Assembly (NCBI RefSeq): GCF_964355755.1
Contig: NC_092677.1
Coordinates: 7,214,101-7,278,100 of the forward strand
Origin: Antedon mediterranea
Taxonomy: Eukaryota > Animalia > Echinodermata
Direction of reading: 5' to 3'
DNA: 64,000 nt
The translations under genes were made by a program, and so were the position numbers. The notes under the pieces were generated by a model. The model was not told the origin of the DNA. It ran no database searches and saw only the letters and a program-made list of their open reading frames with translations. Shown here in pieces: positions 63,929 through 64,000 of this stretch (within the stretch, counting starts at the first letter, position 1; each line of letters opens with the position of its first letter).

Positions 63929-64000
63929 TTAAGCAATTGAATTTCAACTAAGGACCAATTGAAACACTTACAAATAATTGATGACTTAACATTATTGAAT

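Overview
AT-rich, intron-rich animal genomic DNA, probably an invertebrate deuterostome such as an echinoderm (inferred from Deu/Nin-type SINEs and frequent AGGCCT motifs). It holds the last 18 coding exons of an NPC1/NPC1L1-family sterol transporter (+, 307-11006), a complete 11-exon KIRREL/Neph-like Ig adhesion gene (-, 39591-20095) and a probable non-coding first exon of a third, divergent gene (~42 kb). The rest is repeat-rich. A 5-kb fold-back unit (11000-16003) has 26-bp terminal inverted repeats around opposed 106-bp satellite arrays, and its left end contains the NPC1L1-like stop codon. An 8-kb CCC..GGG/2-bp-TSD (EnSpm-like) element carries a 164-bp satellite with a duplicated 12-mer higher-order block. 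A (TA)n-flanked palindrome holds two outward-facing tRNA-Asp(ATC)-like genes. There are also hAT5-, Ginger-, Kolobok- and Tc1-like elements, SINEs, a LINE nested in a SINE, and Penelope-type remnants with hammerhead ribozyme cores. All calls come from manual reading; family assignments rely on recalled sequences and no searches were run.
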